The position numbers were made by a program, and so were the translations under genes. The notes under the pieces are model-generated. The model ran no database searches. It was given only the letters and a program-made list of their open reading frames with translations, and had not been told where the DNA came from. This document shows, one piece after another, positions 19,180 to 29,146 of a DNA stretch of 63,319 nt. Positions within the stretch are counted from its first letter, which is position 1, and each line of letters opens with the position of its first letter. The stretch is from Ignavibacteria bacterium (GTDB lineage Bacteria > Bacteroidota > Ignavibacteria > Tepidaquicellales > OLB5), in the NCBI GenBank assembly GCA_025451455.1, contig JANWKI010000133.1:1-63319 (forward strand). Direction: 5' to 3'.

Positions 19180-20970
19180 ATGAAAAATTTATTATTTATT
19201 CTGTTCTTCATTCTTTTGTTTGTTCAAAGCTCATTTTCTCAAAATGAGATTACATCAGGTGGTTTAGAGCCGATCAAAGTATCATCAGAAGAGATTTACT
19301 CAAAGTGCAGTGATGCAGTTGTCATGATTTACAGATATGACCGGGATAATGCTTTGCTTTGTTACGGCAGTGGCGTTATTGTTTCAAGCAGTGGCCTGGT
19401 CTATACAAATTATCATGTTGTTAAAGATGCCGGCAGGATAGAGATCAGGAATGGAAACGATATCTATGACAGTATTCCTTTTGCAGGATTTGATCCTTTT
19501 GTTGATGCAGCAATACTAAAACTGCCCGATGGTGATTATCCTTTCATCAATTGCGTAAATAATGAAGATCTGCAAGTTGGTAGCAGCATTTATGCCTTAG
19601 GAAATCCCCAGGGGTACACAAAGACATTCTCTTATGGAGTAATAAGCGCAATAAGAACGAATGAAAGCCCTAAACAGATACAAATATCTGCTCCAATTTC
19701 CCCGGGCTCAAGCGGGGGTTCTTTACTAAATTCAAACGGGGAATTAATCGGAATTACATCTTTATCAGTAACAACCGGACAAAATATGAATTTTGCTATA
19801 CCTGTCAAAACATTTAAGAATTTACCCGTTGCTGATCTGAATGATCCTGGACAAAAAGTGTTGTTGAACCAAATGCTGGCTTTATACTCAAATACAGAAC
19901 GAATTGATTTCGATAAAAGTGTTGAGATAATATCTGAGTATTGTAATATGTATAATAATGATACAGCGAAGTGGGAGTTCGCAGGAAATTTGTATTTCAA
20001 TCAGGGTGAAAATGACAGTGCAATTAAGTGCTTTACCAGAGCAATTGAACTTTCTAAAAACAATCAGCATTTATATACACTAAGAGGGGATTGCTACCAG
20101 AGCATTTCTGATACCATTAATACACTTTCAGATTATGCGGCATCATTATCGCTTTGTAATACATGTATTACTACTTACATTGCCAGGGCAAATTACTATC
20201 ATTATACTTTAAAAGATTATGAAAAGGCCATAGATGACTACAATATGATATTAAAGATCAATCCCGAATATGACTATGTTAATACTCAAAAAGCAAACTG
20301 CAGACTCAGCTTAAACGATAGGCCCGGAGCGATCAGCGAGTTATCCAAAAGCTTATGCTGGAAGATTGATGACCCATTTGTATATGTCATGCGGGCTGAA
20401 ATTTATTCAATGCTTGAAATGTATGATGATGCAATTGCCGATTATACAAATTCCCTGTTCTATGCCCCTCAGCAATCAGATTTGTATCTTGACCGTGCAA
20501 TAATCTACAGTAAGAAGGGAGATATTTATAATGCCATTAAGGATTATTTGGAATACTTAAAATACTCTCCGGATGAAGTAGTAGCTCATAACAATCTGGC
20601 TTATGCTTATATGAATACTAAAGACTTTGACCAAGCGGAAAAGTGCTTTAATCGTTCTATTTCGCTTGATCCGGCCCATGTTGATAGTTTCCTAGGTTTG
20701 GCTATACTCAATTACAGGCAGGGGAGAAATAAATCGACAATTCAATTTATGTGTAAAGCGCTTGAATTAAAAGAAGTCCTTTTGAATGGTATGCCGGGTA
20801 TTGCTGAATTGGAGAATAATGGCTGGTTCTGGGATAAAGCTGAGAAGAAGGACATAAAGAGTATTTTTAAGTTAATGAGAATAAGTGACACCAAGATAGA
20901 GCCGATTAAAGATCCAAGACCACACGCTAGAAAGTTGAAAAGAGAGGCCGCAAGAAATGGAAATGAGTAA
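19180..20970 (+). CDS. secreted trypsin-like (S1C/DegP-type) serine protease fused to TPR repeats
   Basis: Signal peptide and protease core (TNYHVV ... DAAILKL ... GNPQGY ... ISPGSSGGSLLNSNGELIGI). The C-terminal ~330 aa consists of TPR-like repeats (AIKCFTRAIELSKNN..., AIDDYNMILKINPEY..., AEKCFNRSISLDPAH...). Confidence 0.8.
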   Translation: MKNLLFILFFILLFVQSSFSQNEITSGGLEPIKVSSEEIYSKCSDAVVMIYRYDRDNALLCYGSGVIVSSSGLVYTNYHVVKDAGRIEIRNGNDIYDSIPFAGFDPFVDAAILKLPDGDYPFINCVNNEDLQVGSSIYALGNPQGYTKTFSYGVISAIRTNESPKQIQISAPISPGSSGGSLLNSNGELIGITSLSVTTGQNMNFAIPVKTFKNLPVADLNDPGQKVLLNQMLALYSNTERIDFDKSVEIISEYCNMYNNDTAKWEFAGNLYFNQGENDSAIKCFTRAIELSKNNQHLYTLRGDCYQSISDTINTLSDYAASLSLCNTCITTYIARANYYHYTLKDYEKAIDDYNMILKINPEYDYVNTQKANCRLSLNDRPGAISELSKSLCWKIDDPFVYVMRAEIYSMLEMYDDAIADYTNSLFYAPQQSDLYLDRAIIYSKKGDIYNAIKDYLEYLKYSPDEVVAHNNLAYAYMNTKDFDQAEKCFNRSISLDPAHVDSFLGLAILNYRQGRNKSTIQFMCKALELKEVLLNGMPGIAELENNGWFWDKAEKKDIKSIFKLMRISDTKIEPIKDPRPHARKLKREAARNGNE

Positions 20971-21017
20971 GAAATTAAAATAACCGAATGGTTGATTTAA
21001 TGGAGCCCTGTGTCCCA

Positions 21018-21124
21018 AGCAGGAGGTCAATCATCCCTTTTCTTTTATTATGGATTGAAAACAATAGATAATGAAGCATGAGAATACTTTTGGTGACTTG
21101 CTTGGTGACTGGCCTAGTGACTAT
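21018..21124 (+). repeat. Repeat copy B: AGCAGGAGGTCA...CATCCC fragment followed 70 nt later by TTTGGTGACTTGCTTGGTGACT...TAGTGACT
   Basis: See copy A. Here the fragment continues as ATCATCCC, which resembles the 3' acceptor end (CCATCCCG) of tRNA-Pro with the T-arm deleted. Confidence 0.55.
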
Positions 21125-21354
21125 TACTTCCATATTGACTCAAAACGGATACTCTTATGTTTAATTAAATGGAGCCTAACCGCTCCCTTTATTTGTTATA
21201 CCTCAAACCCGGAACTGTGATGGCTTGATCCTGCAAGTTAATATTTTACAATATTATCCTTAAAATCCCTGTAAAAAGGGCTTTTTTTATGCACTTGACA
21301 ACCAGATAATTAGTCATAATATTGCTGAAGTTATCAAGTTCAACAAAATTACTA

Positions 21355-22218
21355 ATGCCGACCGAACACAAAAGACTAATAGAAGAGTTAAAAAACCTAG
21401 GTTTTAATGAATATAAAGCCAAAGTTTTTCTAAGTCTATGCAAAGGCGGTTTAATGACTGCTGCAGAAATTGCAAAGGATGCTAAGATAATCCGCGGTTC
21501 AATTTACGATATTCTCAAATCTTTTGTTGAAAAAGGTTACTGCAATGAAATTGATACAAATCGTGTATTACAGTATCAGGTAATAGATCCCGATGTAATC
21601 ATTGATAAGATCGAAAGAGATTATAAAGATGAATACAACAACAAGCTTTCGCAGCTTAAAAATACATTCAAAGAAGTAAAGAGCATTTATACAACTCAAA
21701 TTCCCGCAGAAGATAAATACATCAACATCGAGCTTATTCGCGGATTCAATAAGCACAGGGTATCAAAGTATCGTGAATTCCTGTTAAGCGCTGAAGAAGA
21801 AATTTGCGGGATGTATCATATAAAAGGAATAATAAGTGAAGATTCGGCTGAAGTCGCAAATGAGTTCATTAACAAAGGCGGGGAAATAAGATCAATTTAC
21901 AGTTTCAACCTCGATTTTCAAGTCGAGAAAAACGGCAAAGTTGAAGATGCAAGGAAGGATGATTTTATAAAAGTTATATATCAATTTGAAAAAATGGGAG
22001 AAGCTGTAAGAATATCAGAATTGAATATTCCTAATATGACTATAGTTGACCGCCAGAATGTTTTTATTAGTTCAACTGATAAAGGTGTTCCCAAACAATT
22101 CCAAGCTGACCTGATAATGAGACGCTCTGAATTTGCAAAAAATATGTACGATTTGTTTAATTATTACTGGAATGACTCTATGACTATCGATGAGTCTAAG
22201 AAAAAAGAAAATTTATAA
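21355..22218 (+). CDS. TrmB-family transcriptional regulator
   Basis: N-terminal winged helix (LIEELKNLGFNEYKAKVFLSLCKGGLMTAAEIAKDAKIIRGSIYDILKSFVEKGY) typical of TrmB. The ATG at 21355 is preferred over the TTG at 21322. First gene of a tightly packed co-directional string. Confidence 0.75.
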   Translation: MPTEHKRLIEELKNLGFNEYKAKVFLSLCKGGLMTAAEIAKDAKIIRGSIYDILKSFVEKGYCNEIDTNRVLQYQVIDPDVIIDKIERDYKDEYNNKLSQLKNTFKEVKSIYTTQIPAEDKYINIELIRGFNKHRVSKYREFLLSAEEEICGMYHIKGIISEDSAEVANEFINKGGEIRSIYSFNLDFQVEKNGKVEDARKDDFIKVIYQFEKMGEAVRISELNIPNMTIVDRQNVFISSTDKGVPKQFQADLIMRRSEFAKNMYDLFNYYWNDSMTIDESKKKENL

Positions 22219-22225
22219 AATTATT

Positions 22226-23572
22226 ATGAAAGAGTTTACACTGTTTCTTACTATTACAGTCTTTATTATTATTTCCCAAAATGCATTTACACAATGGACA
22301 TTGCAGGGAACTTTGACGGGAGTTGGTACAATACCCAGTATTTCTGTTTATGCTCCGGCAGAATTAGTTGTGGCAGGCGGGACATCAGGTGTACCAAAGG
22401 TTTTTAAGTCAACAAACAGCGGTGTAAACTGGACGAATATTTCCGGCAATTTGACAGGTCCTGAATTGTCGTGCGTTTGGGCTGTGAATGCAAACCTGAT
22501 TTTTGCAGGAGACGTCGGCTCTAATGGTGGCAGCGGAGGGAATGCAAGAGTATGGAAAACTACGAACGGAGGCGTAAACTGGGTGGTAATTTTAACTACA
22601 GGAGGCAGCCACGGATATTTTAACGGTATAGTTTTTTCAAGGACTAATTCTTTAATAGGTGTCGCTGAAAGTGATCCGCCCTCTTTATATGGTCAGCATT
22701 ATCTCGCTAAAACTACAGACGGAGGAAACTCTTGGAACACACAAACTACTATATCTACCAACGGCACTGCCATTACAGGCTCAGTTGTTTGTACAGATAA
22801 TCTGTTTTACGGGTGGGGTATCTATCCTCCTGCTAGAGTTGTTATAACAAGTGACGGCGGGGCAACATGGAATCAAAGAAACATTTCGGGAGGTTATAAT
22901 ACTACAGGTCTTGCTTTCAACTCAGATAAACTCACAGGGATTGGTGTAAGTGGTGGTTTCTTACCCTCAATTTCACGCACTACCGATGGCGGTGTTTCAT
23001 GGACGCCTTTGAATACAGGCTTGCCTTTAACAGGTTACTTTAATGGCAGAGTAAAATGGGTTTACGGAACTAACACGTGCTATTTAACATCCGAATCAGG
23101 ATCAAGCGGCAGTGTGGGTAAAAGCACAGACGGCGGCTTAAGCTGGTCATTAATGAATACAAGCGGAGTACAGGGTTTAATGAACGTAGACCTTGTTTAT
23201 ATTAACGGAGTAGTTTCTGCTTATGCAATATCCGATGACGGTCGTGTTATTAAATTAAGTGAACCTATAGGCATAGTTCCAATAAGCAGCACGATGCCTT
23301 CAGAATATAATCTTAAACAAAATTTTCCTAATCCCTTTAATCCTGTAACAAAAATTAGATTTTCAATTCCACAAGTTTCATCAGCAGCACAGACTTTCCT
23401 GTCCGTGTATGATATATTGGGCAAAGAAGTTGCCACGCTTGTTAATGAACATTTAAACGCGGGGACTTATGAAGTTGATTGGAATGCATCTACTAATCCT
23501 AGCGGAGTTTATTATTATAAACTTACTACAGGAAACTATACAGAAACAAAGAAAATGATCTTGATAAAATAA
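22226..23572 (+). CDS. Asp-box (BNR) beta-propeller protein, Ycf48/sialidase-like, with T9SS C-terminal sorting domain
   Basis: Signal peptide and Asp-box motifs (STNSGVNWT, TTNGGVNWV, TTDGGNSWN, TSDGGATWN, TTDGGVSWT, STDGGLSWS). CTD: NFPNPFNPVTKIRFSIP...VYDILGKEVATLVNE...SGVYYYKL...KKMILIK. Confidence 0.8.
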   Translation: MKEFTLFLTITVFIIISQNAFTQWTLQGTLTGVGTIPSISVYAPAELVVAGGTSGVPKVFKSTNSGVNWTNISGNLTGPELSCVWAVNANLIFAGDVGSNGGSGGNARVWKTTNGGVNWVVILTTGGSHGYFNGIVFSRTNSLIGVAESDPPSLYGQHYLAKTTDGGNSWNTQTTISTNGTAITGSVVCTDNLFYGWGIYPPARVVITSDGGATWNQRNISGGYNTTGLAFNSDKLTGIGVSGGFLPSISRTTDGGVSWTPLNTGLPLTGYFNGRVKWVYGTNTCYLTSESGSSGSVGKSTDGGLSWSLMNTSGVQGLMNVDLVYINGVVSAYAISDDGRVIKLSEPIGIVPISSTMPSEYNLKQNFPNPFNPVTKIRFSIPQVSSAAQTFLSVYDILGKEVATLVNEHLNAGTYEVDWNASTNPSGVYYYKLTTGNYTETKKMILIK

Positions 23573-23636
23573 AACAGGAAAGCCGAAAACTGTGAAGAGT
23601 AGGCAAATTAATGAAAATTCAATAAGGAGATTCTAA

Positions 23637-25925
23637 ATGAAGATATTTAAAAGTCTACTGTTATGTACAGTGTTTTTTCTCACATCTGTTTATTCACAAT
23701 CAAGTAATATTCTTCCGGGCAATACTGAACCGATATCTGAGATATTTCTTGACAATCATATTGTTACCGGACATACTTCTATTTCAACTTTGTCTTATAC
23801 CGCCGAAGATTGGCGCCGTGTTATAGATTCTACTTGGGGTCCTGGATTGCCAACAGCAACGAAGCTGCAGATTTTTGATGCATTCTGGAATAAGATTAAT
23901 GCAGAATTTGCTTGCTTCCATGATATACAGGATAATTGGCTCGCGCTTAAAAACCAATATCGTCCTGAAGTAGCAGCCGGTGTAAGCAAAGGAAGGTTTG
24001 CGGCTATTATGAATGTTCTGGCTCTTTCATTACGGGATCTTCATACTAATCCTTATGATAGGACTTTATTTGCAACATTGCCCGTTACTCCCGGTATGCC
24101 GTTTTTGTATTTGGGAGGACCAGGAACAATAACTCACATTGGATTCTGTCTGACCCCATTACCTGACAGTTCATTGCTGATTTATAAAGTCATTCCAAAC
24201 CATCCTCTTGGAATAGAACCCGGCGATATAATGCTTGGATATGACGGAATACCATGGAAAGTTCTAGTATATCAGCTATTGGGTTATCAATTGCCTTTTG
24301 CGGGTCCAATTGGCAGCAGCCCAAGTGCTTTCACCCACGGTCTACTAACCGGGGCAGGAAGAAATAGACACCTTTTTAATAATATTGATATTATTAAATA
24401 TTCTACAGGTGATACAGTTCATTTATCAACTGCACCACTTTATGGACTTTCCACAATATTCAGTGACGAGCAAATGGATATCCCCGGAGTGCCTAAACCG
24501 AACTATTCAGCTGGACAATATGTATCCTATGGAATTGTTCAAGGGACAAACATCGGTTACATTTACGGAATACAATGGACCGGTAATGCAGGTCAAGAAT
24601 TTTATAACGCCGTTCAGGCATTGATGCAAACCGATGGAATGATAATAGACTTCAGGTCAAACTTTGGCGGAAATATGTCTTTGAGCGACTCTGCTTTGAG
24701 AGTTTTGTTTACATCAAATATGTCAACTATTGACTGGGGACACAGAACTTCCTCTTCGAATCATCTGCAAATGACCCTGAATAATATATCATCCGCTTAC
24801 AAAATAAATGGCACACCTCCAGGATATCTTAAACCTATCGCTTTGTTAACAGGTCCGGGAGCAGGCAGCTCAGGAGACCAAGTAGCATTTCGTATGAAAT
24901 TTCATCCGCGGGTAAAAATCTTCGGTAAACCGACAAACGGAGGATTTGACAGCCCGACCTCTTTGACGCTGCACCCTGATTGGGGTTGTACGTTCCCGGC
25001 TAATGATGCATATGACCTGGCAACAGGAAAATATCTTACTCATTTGGAATCTCCTGTTGACCAGAGTGTTTGGCTGACTCCTTCAGGTGTTGCACAAGGC
25101 AGAGATGATGTTGTTGAAGCTGCGCTTAACTGGATCAATCTATTTTCTGGTACAGGTGCAACTATGCTGTCAGATAATGCAGAAGGTGGATTCGGTCAGT
25201 GGGTTACAGGATCGGGCGGTTGGGATGTAAAAAATACAAATTCACACTCACCGGTAAACTCATTTACAGACAGCAAAACCGGAAATTATAAGAATAATGT
25301 AAATAATTCTATGACACTGATTAATCCGATAAATACTTCCGCTAAAGATGGGTTGATATTAAGTTTTTGGCAAAAATATGACACACAACTGGATAAGGAT
25401 TTCTGCAAGGTAGAAGTATCCAGTAATAATGGTACAACGTGGCAGCAAGCGGGCAGCTACACTGGTACAGTAGCTTCAGTACATGAGGCAAGGATTGATA
25501 TTACAAAATATGCCAACCATTCATCCCAGGTGAAGATAAGGTTCAGGCTGACATCTGACAAGAGTGGAGCTGCTGACGGATGGTATGTTGATGACATAAC
25601 TGTGACTGGATACAACTACAGCGGTCAGGGTCCTTTAACTGCTAAAGAAAATACAAATCCTTACAGGTTCAGCTTGTCGCAGAATTATCCTAATCCTTTT
25701 AACCCCTCCACAGTTATAAAATATTCTGTCGCAAATACAGGAAATGTGACACTGAAAATATATGATATCTTAGGCAGGGAAGTGAAAACACTCGTAAACG
25801 AAATGCAAAATGCCGGGAGCTATAATATAGAATTCAATGCATCCAATTTTGCAAGCGGTGTATATTTTTATAGATTGGAATCTGACAACTTTACTGATAT
25901 AAAGAAAATGATTTTAATTAAATAA
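23637..25925 (+). CDS. S41-like peptidase with a MAM/choice-of-anchor-like domain and a T9SS CTD
   Basis: The signal peptide and the T9SS CTD (NYPNPFNPSTVIKYS...IYDILGREVKTLVNE...SGVYFYRL...KKMILIK) are firm. The central region resembles the S41 Ser-box (LLTGPGAGSSGDQVAF). A later jelly-roll-like domain ends in DGWYVDDITV. The peptidase assignment is tentative. Confidence 0.5.
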   Translation: MKIFKSLLLCTVFFLTSVYSQSSNILPGNTEPISEIFLDNHIVTGHTSISTLSYTAEDWRRVIDSTWGPGLPTATKLQIFDAFWNKINAEFACFHDIQDNWLALKNQYRPEVAAGVSKGRFAAIMNVLALSLRDLHTNPYDRTLFATLPVTPGMPFLYLGGPGTITHIGFCLTPLPDSSLLIYKVIPNHPLGIEPGDIMLGYDGIPWKVLVYQLLGYQLPFAGPIGSSPSAFTHGLLTGAGRNRHLFNNIDIIKYSTGDTVHLSTAPLYGLSTIFSDEQMDIPGVPKPNYSAGQYVSYGIVQGTNIGYIYGIQWTGNAGQEFYNAVQALMQTDGMIIDFRSNFGGNMSLSDSALRVLFTSNMSTIDWGHRTSSSNHLQMTLNNISSAYKINGTPPGYLKPIALLTGPGAGSSGDQVAFRMKFHPRVKIFGKPTNGGFDSPTSLTLHPDWGCTFPANDAYDLATGKYLTHLESPVDQSVWLTPSGVAQGRDDVVEAALNWINLFSGTGATMLSDNAEGGFGQWVTGSGGWDVKNTNSHSPVNSFTDSKTGNYKNNVNNSMTLINPINTSAKDGLILSFWQKYDTQLDKDFCKVEVSSNNGTTWQQAGSYTGTVASVHEARIDITKYANHSSQVKIRFRLTSDKSGAADGWYVDDITVTGYNYSGQGPLTAKENTNPYRFSLSQNYPNPFNPSTVIKYSVANTGNVTLKIYDILGREVKTLVNEMQNAGSYNIEFNASNFASGVYFYRLESDNFTDIKKMILIK

Positions 25926-25953
25926 CTTAAAATACCCAAAAGAGGAAAACAAA

Positions 25954-27171
25954 ATGAAAACAATATTTATAACAATTTTTTTGTGCATCATGTCTTTACA
26001 GATATCTAATGCACAATGGGAACTTGTAAATATCGGAATGGGCAATGTAGAAGTACGCTCATTAGCAGTAAACGGAAACAATATTTTTGCCGGAGTTTTT
26101 GGTACAGGTGGAGGTGTATATTTATCTACAAATAATGGTTTGATCTGGACACTTACTTCCTTAAGTAATCAATCTGTTTATTCATTAGCAGTAAACGGAA
26201 ATAACATTTTTGCAGGAACTGTTAGTAATGGTGTATATTTATCCACAAATAGCGGTACAAACTGGACCCAAACGTCATTAAATAATCAAACTATTTATAA
26301 ATTAGCAGTAAACGGAAATAACATTTTTGCAGGAACTTATAATCCAAATAATGGTTTATTTTTATCCACTGATAACGGTGCAACATGGACTCAAACTTCT
26401 TTAAATAATTTACACATTACTTCATTGGCAGTAAACGGAAATAATATTTTTGCCGGTTCTGGTACAGGTAATGGTGTAAATTTATCTACAAATAACGGCA
26501 TAACTTGGTCCCAAACTTCTTTTATTCAATCCGCTTATGCATTAGCGATAAACGCAAATAATATTTTCGTGGGGTCTATAGGTGTTCAAGGTGTATTTAT
26601 GTCTACGAATAACGGATCAACGTGGACCCAAACTTCATTAAATAATCAAAATGTATATTCATTAACAGTAAACGCAAATTATATCTTTGCCGGAACTTCC
26701 ACTAATGGAGTTTATGTCTCCAATGATAATGGTGCAACGTGGACGCAAAAAAGTGAAGGTCTTCCAAATGGTTCTACTTTGGTCCGTGATTTTAGTTTTT
26801 TAAATAATTACATATTTGCCGGGCTGGGTTTTGGTGGTCTAAACGGTGTTTACAGAAGACCGATTGGCGAGCTTACAGGTATTAAACCAATTTCGAATGA
26901 GGTACCAAATAAATTTTCTCTTTCGCAAAACTATCCGAACCCGTTTAACCCGAGCACAAAAATTAAATTCGCTTTGCCTAATAGTTCATTTGCAAAGCTT
27001 GTTGTATATGATGCGCTTGGCAGAGAACTGGAAACATTGGTTAACGAGCAGTTAAATGCTGGAACTTATGAAGCCAATTGGATCGCTTCAAATTATCCTT
27101 CGGGAGTTTATTTTTACACGCTAACATCAGGAGACTATTCAGAAACGAGTAAGATGATTTTAATAAAATAA
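25954..27171 (+). CDS. tandem-repeat beta-propeller protein (degenerate Asp-box blades) with T9SS CTD
   Basis: About 7 blades of ~40 aa (SLAVNGNNIFAGT...GVYLSTNNG.NWTQTSLNNQ.VY). CTD: NYPNPFNPSTKIKFALP...VYDALGRELETLVNEQLNAGTYE...SGVYFYTL...KMILIK. Confidence 0.8.
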   Translation: MKTIFITIFLCIMSLQISNAQWELVNIGMGNVEVRSLAVNGNNIFAGVFGTGGGVYLSTNNGLIWTLTSLSNQSVYSLAVNGNNIFAGTVSNGVYLSTNSGTNWTQTSLNNQTIYKLAVNGNNIFAGTYNPNNGLFLSTDNGATWTQTSLNNLHITSLAVNGNNIFAGSGTGNGVNLSTNNGITWSQTSFIQSAYALAINANNIFVGSIGVQGVFMSTNNGSTWTQTSLNNQNVYSLTVNANYIFAGTSTNGVYVSNDNGATWTQKSEGLPNGSTLVRDFSFLNNYIFAGLGFGGLNGVYRRPIGELTGIKPISNEVPNKFSLSQNYPNPFNPSTKIKFALPNSSFAKLVVYDALGRELETLVNEQLNAGTYEANWIASNYPSGVYFYTLTSGDYSETSKMILIK

Positions 27172-27248
27172 AAAAATGCTTCTCATAAAATAACGAAGTT
27201 ATTAATGAGTAGTCACGATTCGTCGGGAATTCTTTTAAAATAATTATA

Positions 27249-29036
27249 ATGATATCCATAATATTAATATTACTTATGTTTCTTCTGGGTGTTAAATCAT
27301 CCACGGGACAAAATTTCCAGGATGAACTCAGGGGAGGGAACCCAAATCCTCAAATGAGGAGATTGTCTTCCTTGAATAATTATGTAAAACTGCCAGACAA
27401 TGAAGGCATTGATAATTATGATAACCCCAATGCAACGACCCGTTATATTCAATCTAATGATGGTTTTCTGTCAGTTGGTCCAAATTTCAGGCTCCACCCG
27501 ACAATTGCCCCCGGAAATCAGAGTGAAGTCATCATTTATGCAAGTCCTTTAAATCCTAATCTGGTATTTGCTGCCGCGGTTGCTTTTTGGGGAGGTTCCG
27601 GTTACCCTGTCGGTGGTTATGCTTCCACTAACGGCGGCATCAATTGGTATGGAACCGATACCTTAAGCATATTGAGTTATGGAGACCCTGGTCCCATAAT
27701 AGATAAGAATAATATATATATTATATCCTATTTACATATTTCGGGGCGAATTGGAACTTCATATTCTACAAATTTCGGGCTTTCTTGGTCTGCCCCCGCC
27801 TATTTACCGGGTTCGTCAACATCTTCTGATAAGTGTTTATCAGGCACAAATTATGCCGCGACTTCACCATATTACGGTCATTCATATACAGTATATACGG
27901 AGTTTGAAGCACCTTATGAAAACAGAATAGTATTTTCGAGAACTACAAATAGCGGAGTTTCCTGGACAACCGTAATACCAATAAGTCCTCCGACTTCACC
28001 TGCACTTCCTGCACATCAGGGAGCTGATGTTACCGCGGGACCTGAAGGTAATATTTATGCTATCTGGGCAAAATACATAGGTTCCTTTCCTAACTATTTG
28101 GAAGATTCTCTGGGTTTTGCAAAGTCAACCGACGGCGGTATCACCTGGACAACGAGAAACAACGCAGCAGATATGAACGGCATCCGTACATTTCAATACG
28201 GACCGTGGCCTATAGGGGTGACAAGCTTTCCGAGAATGGACATTGACCGTACAGGCGGAGAAAGAAATGGCTGGATTTATGTAGTGGCGCCGGAAAAGAA
28301 CTTCAGCAGCGGTGATGTCTCTGACATTTTTTTGTGGAGATCAACCGATCAGGGTACTACTTTCAGCGCTCCTATCAGAGTTAATCAGGACCTGGCAGAC
28401 GGCAAACTGCAGTTTCAAGCGGCAATAAATGTTGACCTCGGAGGCGGAGTAAATGTAATTTATCATGATTGCAGAAGTTCAAATGAGAATGATTCAGTCG
28501 ACACATATGTTTCACGCTCGATTGACGGCGGCAACACATGGACCGATATTAAGGCTAATGATGCGAAATTCAGGCCAAACAATTCAAACGGAAATTGGAT
28601 TGGTGATTACATTGGAATTACATCCACTGACACGAAAATCATTCCAAACTGGGCAGACAATAGAACCGGAAGATATCAGTCCTGGGCAACATTAATTGAT
28701 CTTCCTCCTGTTGGCATACAGAATATTGGTTCGGAAATACCGAAGTACTTTTACTTATCACAAAACTATCCAAATCCGTTTAATCCAACTACGAAAATAA
28801 AATTCGCTATTCCCCCCGGAACATCAGTAGCAGAGACATTCCTGTCTGTGTATGATGTATTAGGTAAAGAAATAGCAGTTCTTGTTAACGAACGCCTCCA
28901 ACCGGGAGCTTACGAAGTTAATTGGGATGCATCAAATTATCCGAGCGGGGTTTATTTTTACAAATTGATAGTCCATCAAACCGGAACTTCGACAGGAGAT
29001 TATTCTGAGATAAAGAAGATGGTTTTGATAAAATAG
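27249..29036 (+). CDS. sialidase-like Asp-box propeller with T9SS CTD
   Basis: Asp-boxes STNGGINW, TTNSGVSW, STDGGITW, STDQGTTF and SIDGGNTW, plus the canonical CTD at the C-terminus. Confidence 0.75.
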   Translation: MISIILILLMFLLGVKSSTGQNFQDELRGGNPNPQMRRLSSLNNYVKLPDNEGIDNYDNPNATTRYIQSNDGFLSVGPNFRLHPTIAPGNQSEVIIYASPLNPNLVFAAAVAFWGGSGYPVGGYASTNGGINWYGTDTLSILSYGDPGPIIDKNNIYIISYLHISGRIGTSYSTNFGLSWSAPAYLPGSSTSSDKCLSGTNYAATSPYYGHSYTVYTEFEAPYENRIVFSRTTNSGVSWTTVIPISPPTSPALPAHQGADVTAGPEGNIYAIWAKYIGSFPNYLEDSLGFAKSTDGGITWTTRNNAADMNGIRTFQYGPWPIGVTSFPRMDIDRTGGERNGWIYVVAPEKNFSSGDVSDIFLWRSTDQGTTFSAPIRVNQDLADGKLQFQAAINVDLGGGVNVIYHDCRSSNENDSVDTYVSRSIDGGNTWTDIKANDAKFRPNNSNGNWIGDYIGITSTDTKIIPNWADNRTGRYQSWATLIDLPPVGIQNIGSEIPKYFYLSQNYPNPFNPTTKIKFAIPPGTSVAETFLSVYDVLGKEIAVLVNERLQPGAYEVNWDASNYPSGVYFYKLIVHQTGTSTGDYSEIKKMVLIK

Positions 29037-29146
29037 AGAGTTTAACCCACGACTGTCGCAGTCTCGAATAGTGAGCGGGACAAATAAAAGGGATCATTAA
29101 AGCCAGTTTTTTTGTATTATATTTAGATAATCCAAAGTAGGATAAA

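Noticed and set aside
17751-21124. Interpretation of the cassette-flanking repeats as integron attC sites
   Set aside because: I could not find the RYYYAAC/GTTRRRY core pairs or the imperfect-palindrome structure of attC, and there is no intI gene. I kept the observation only as a repeat and tRNA-scar finding.
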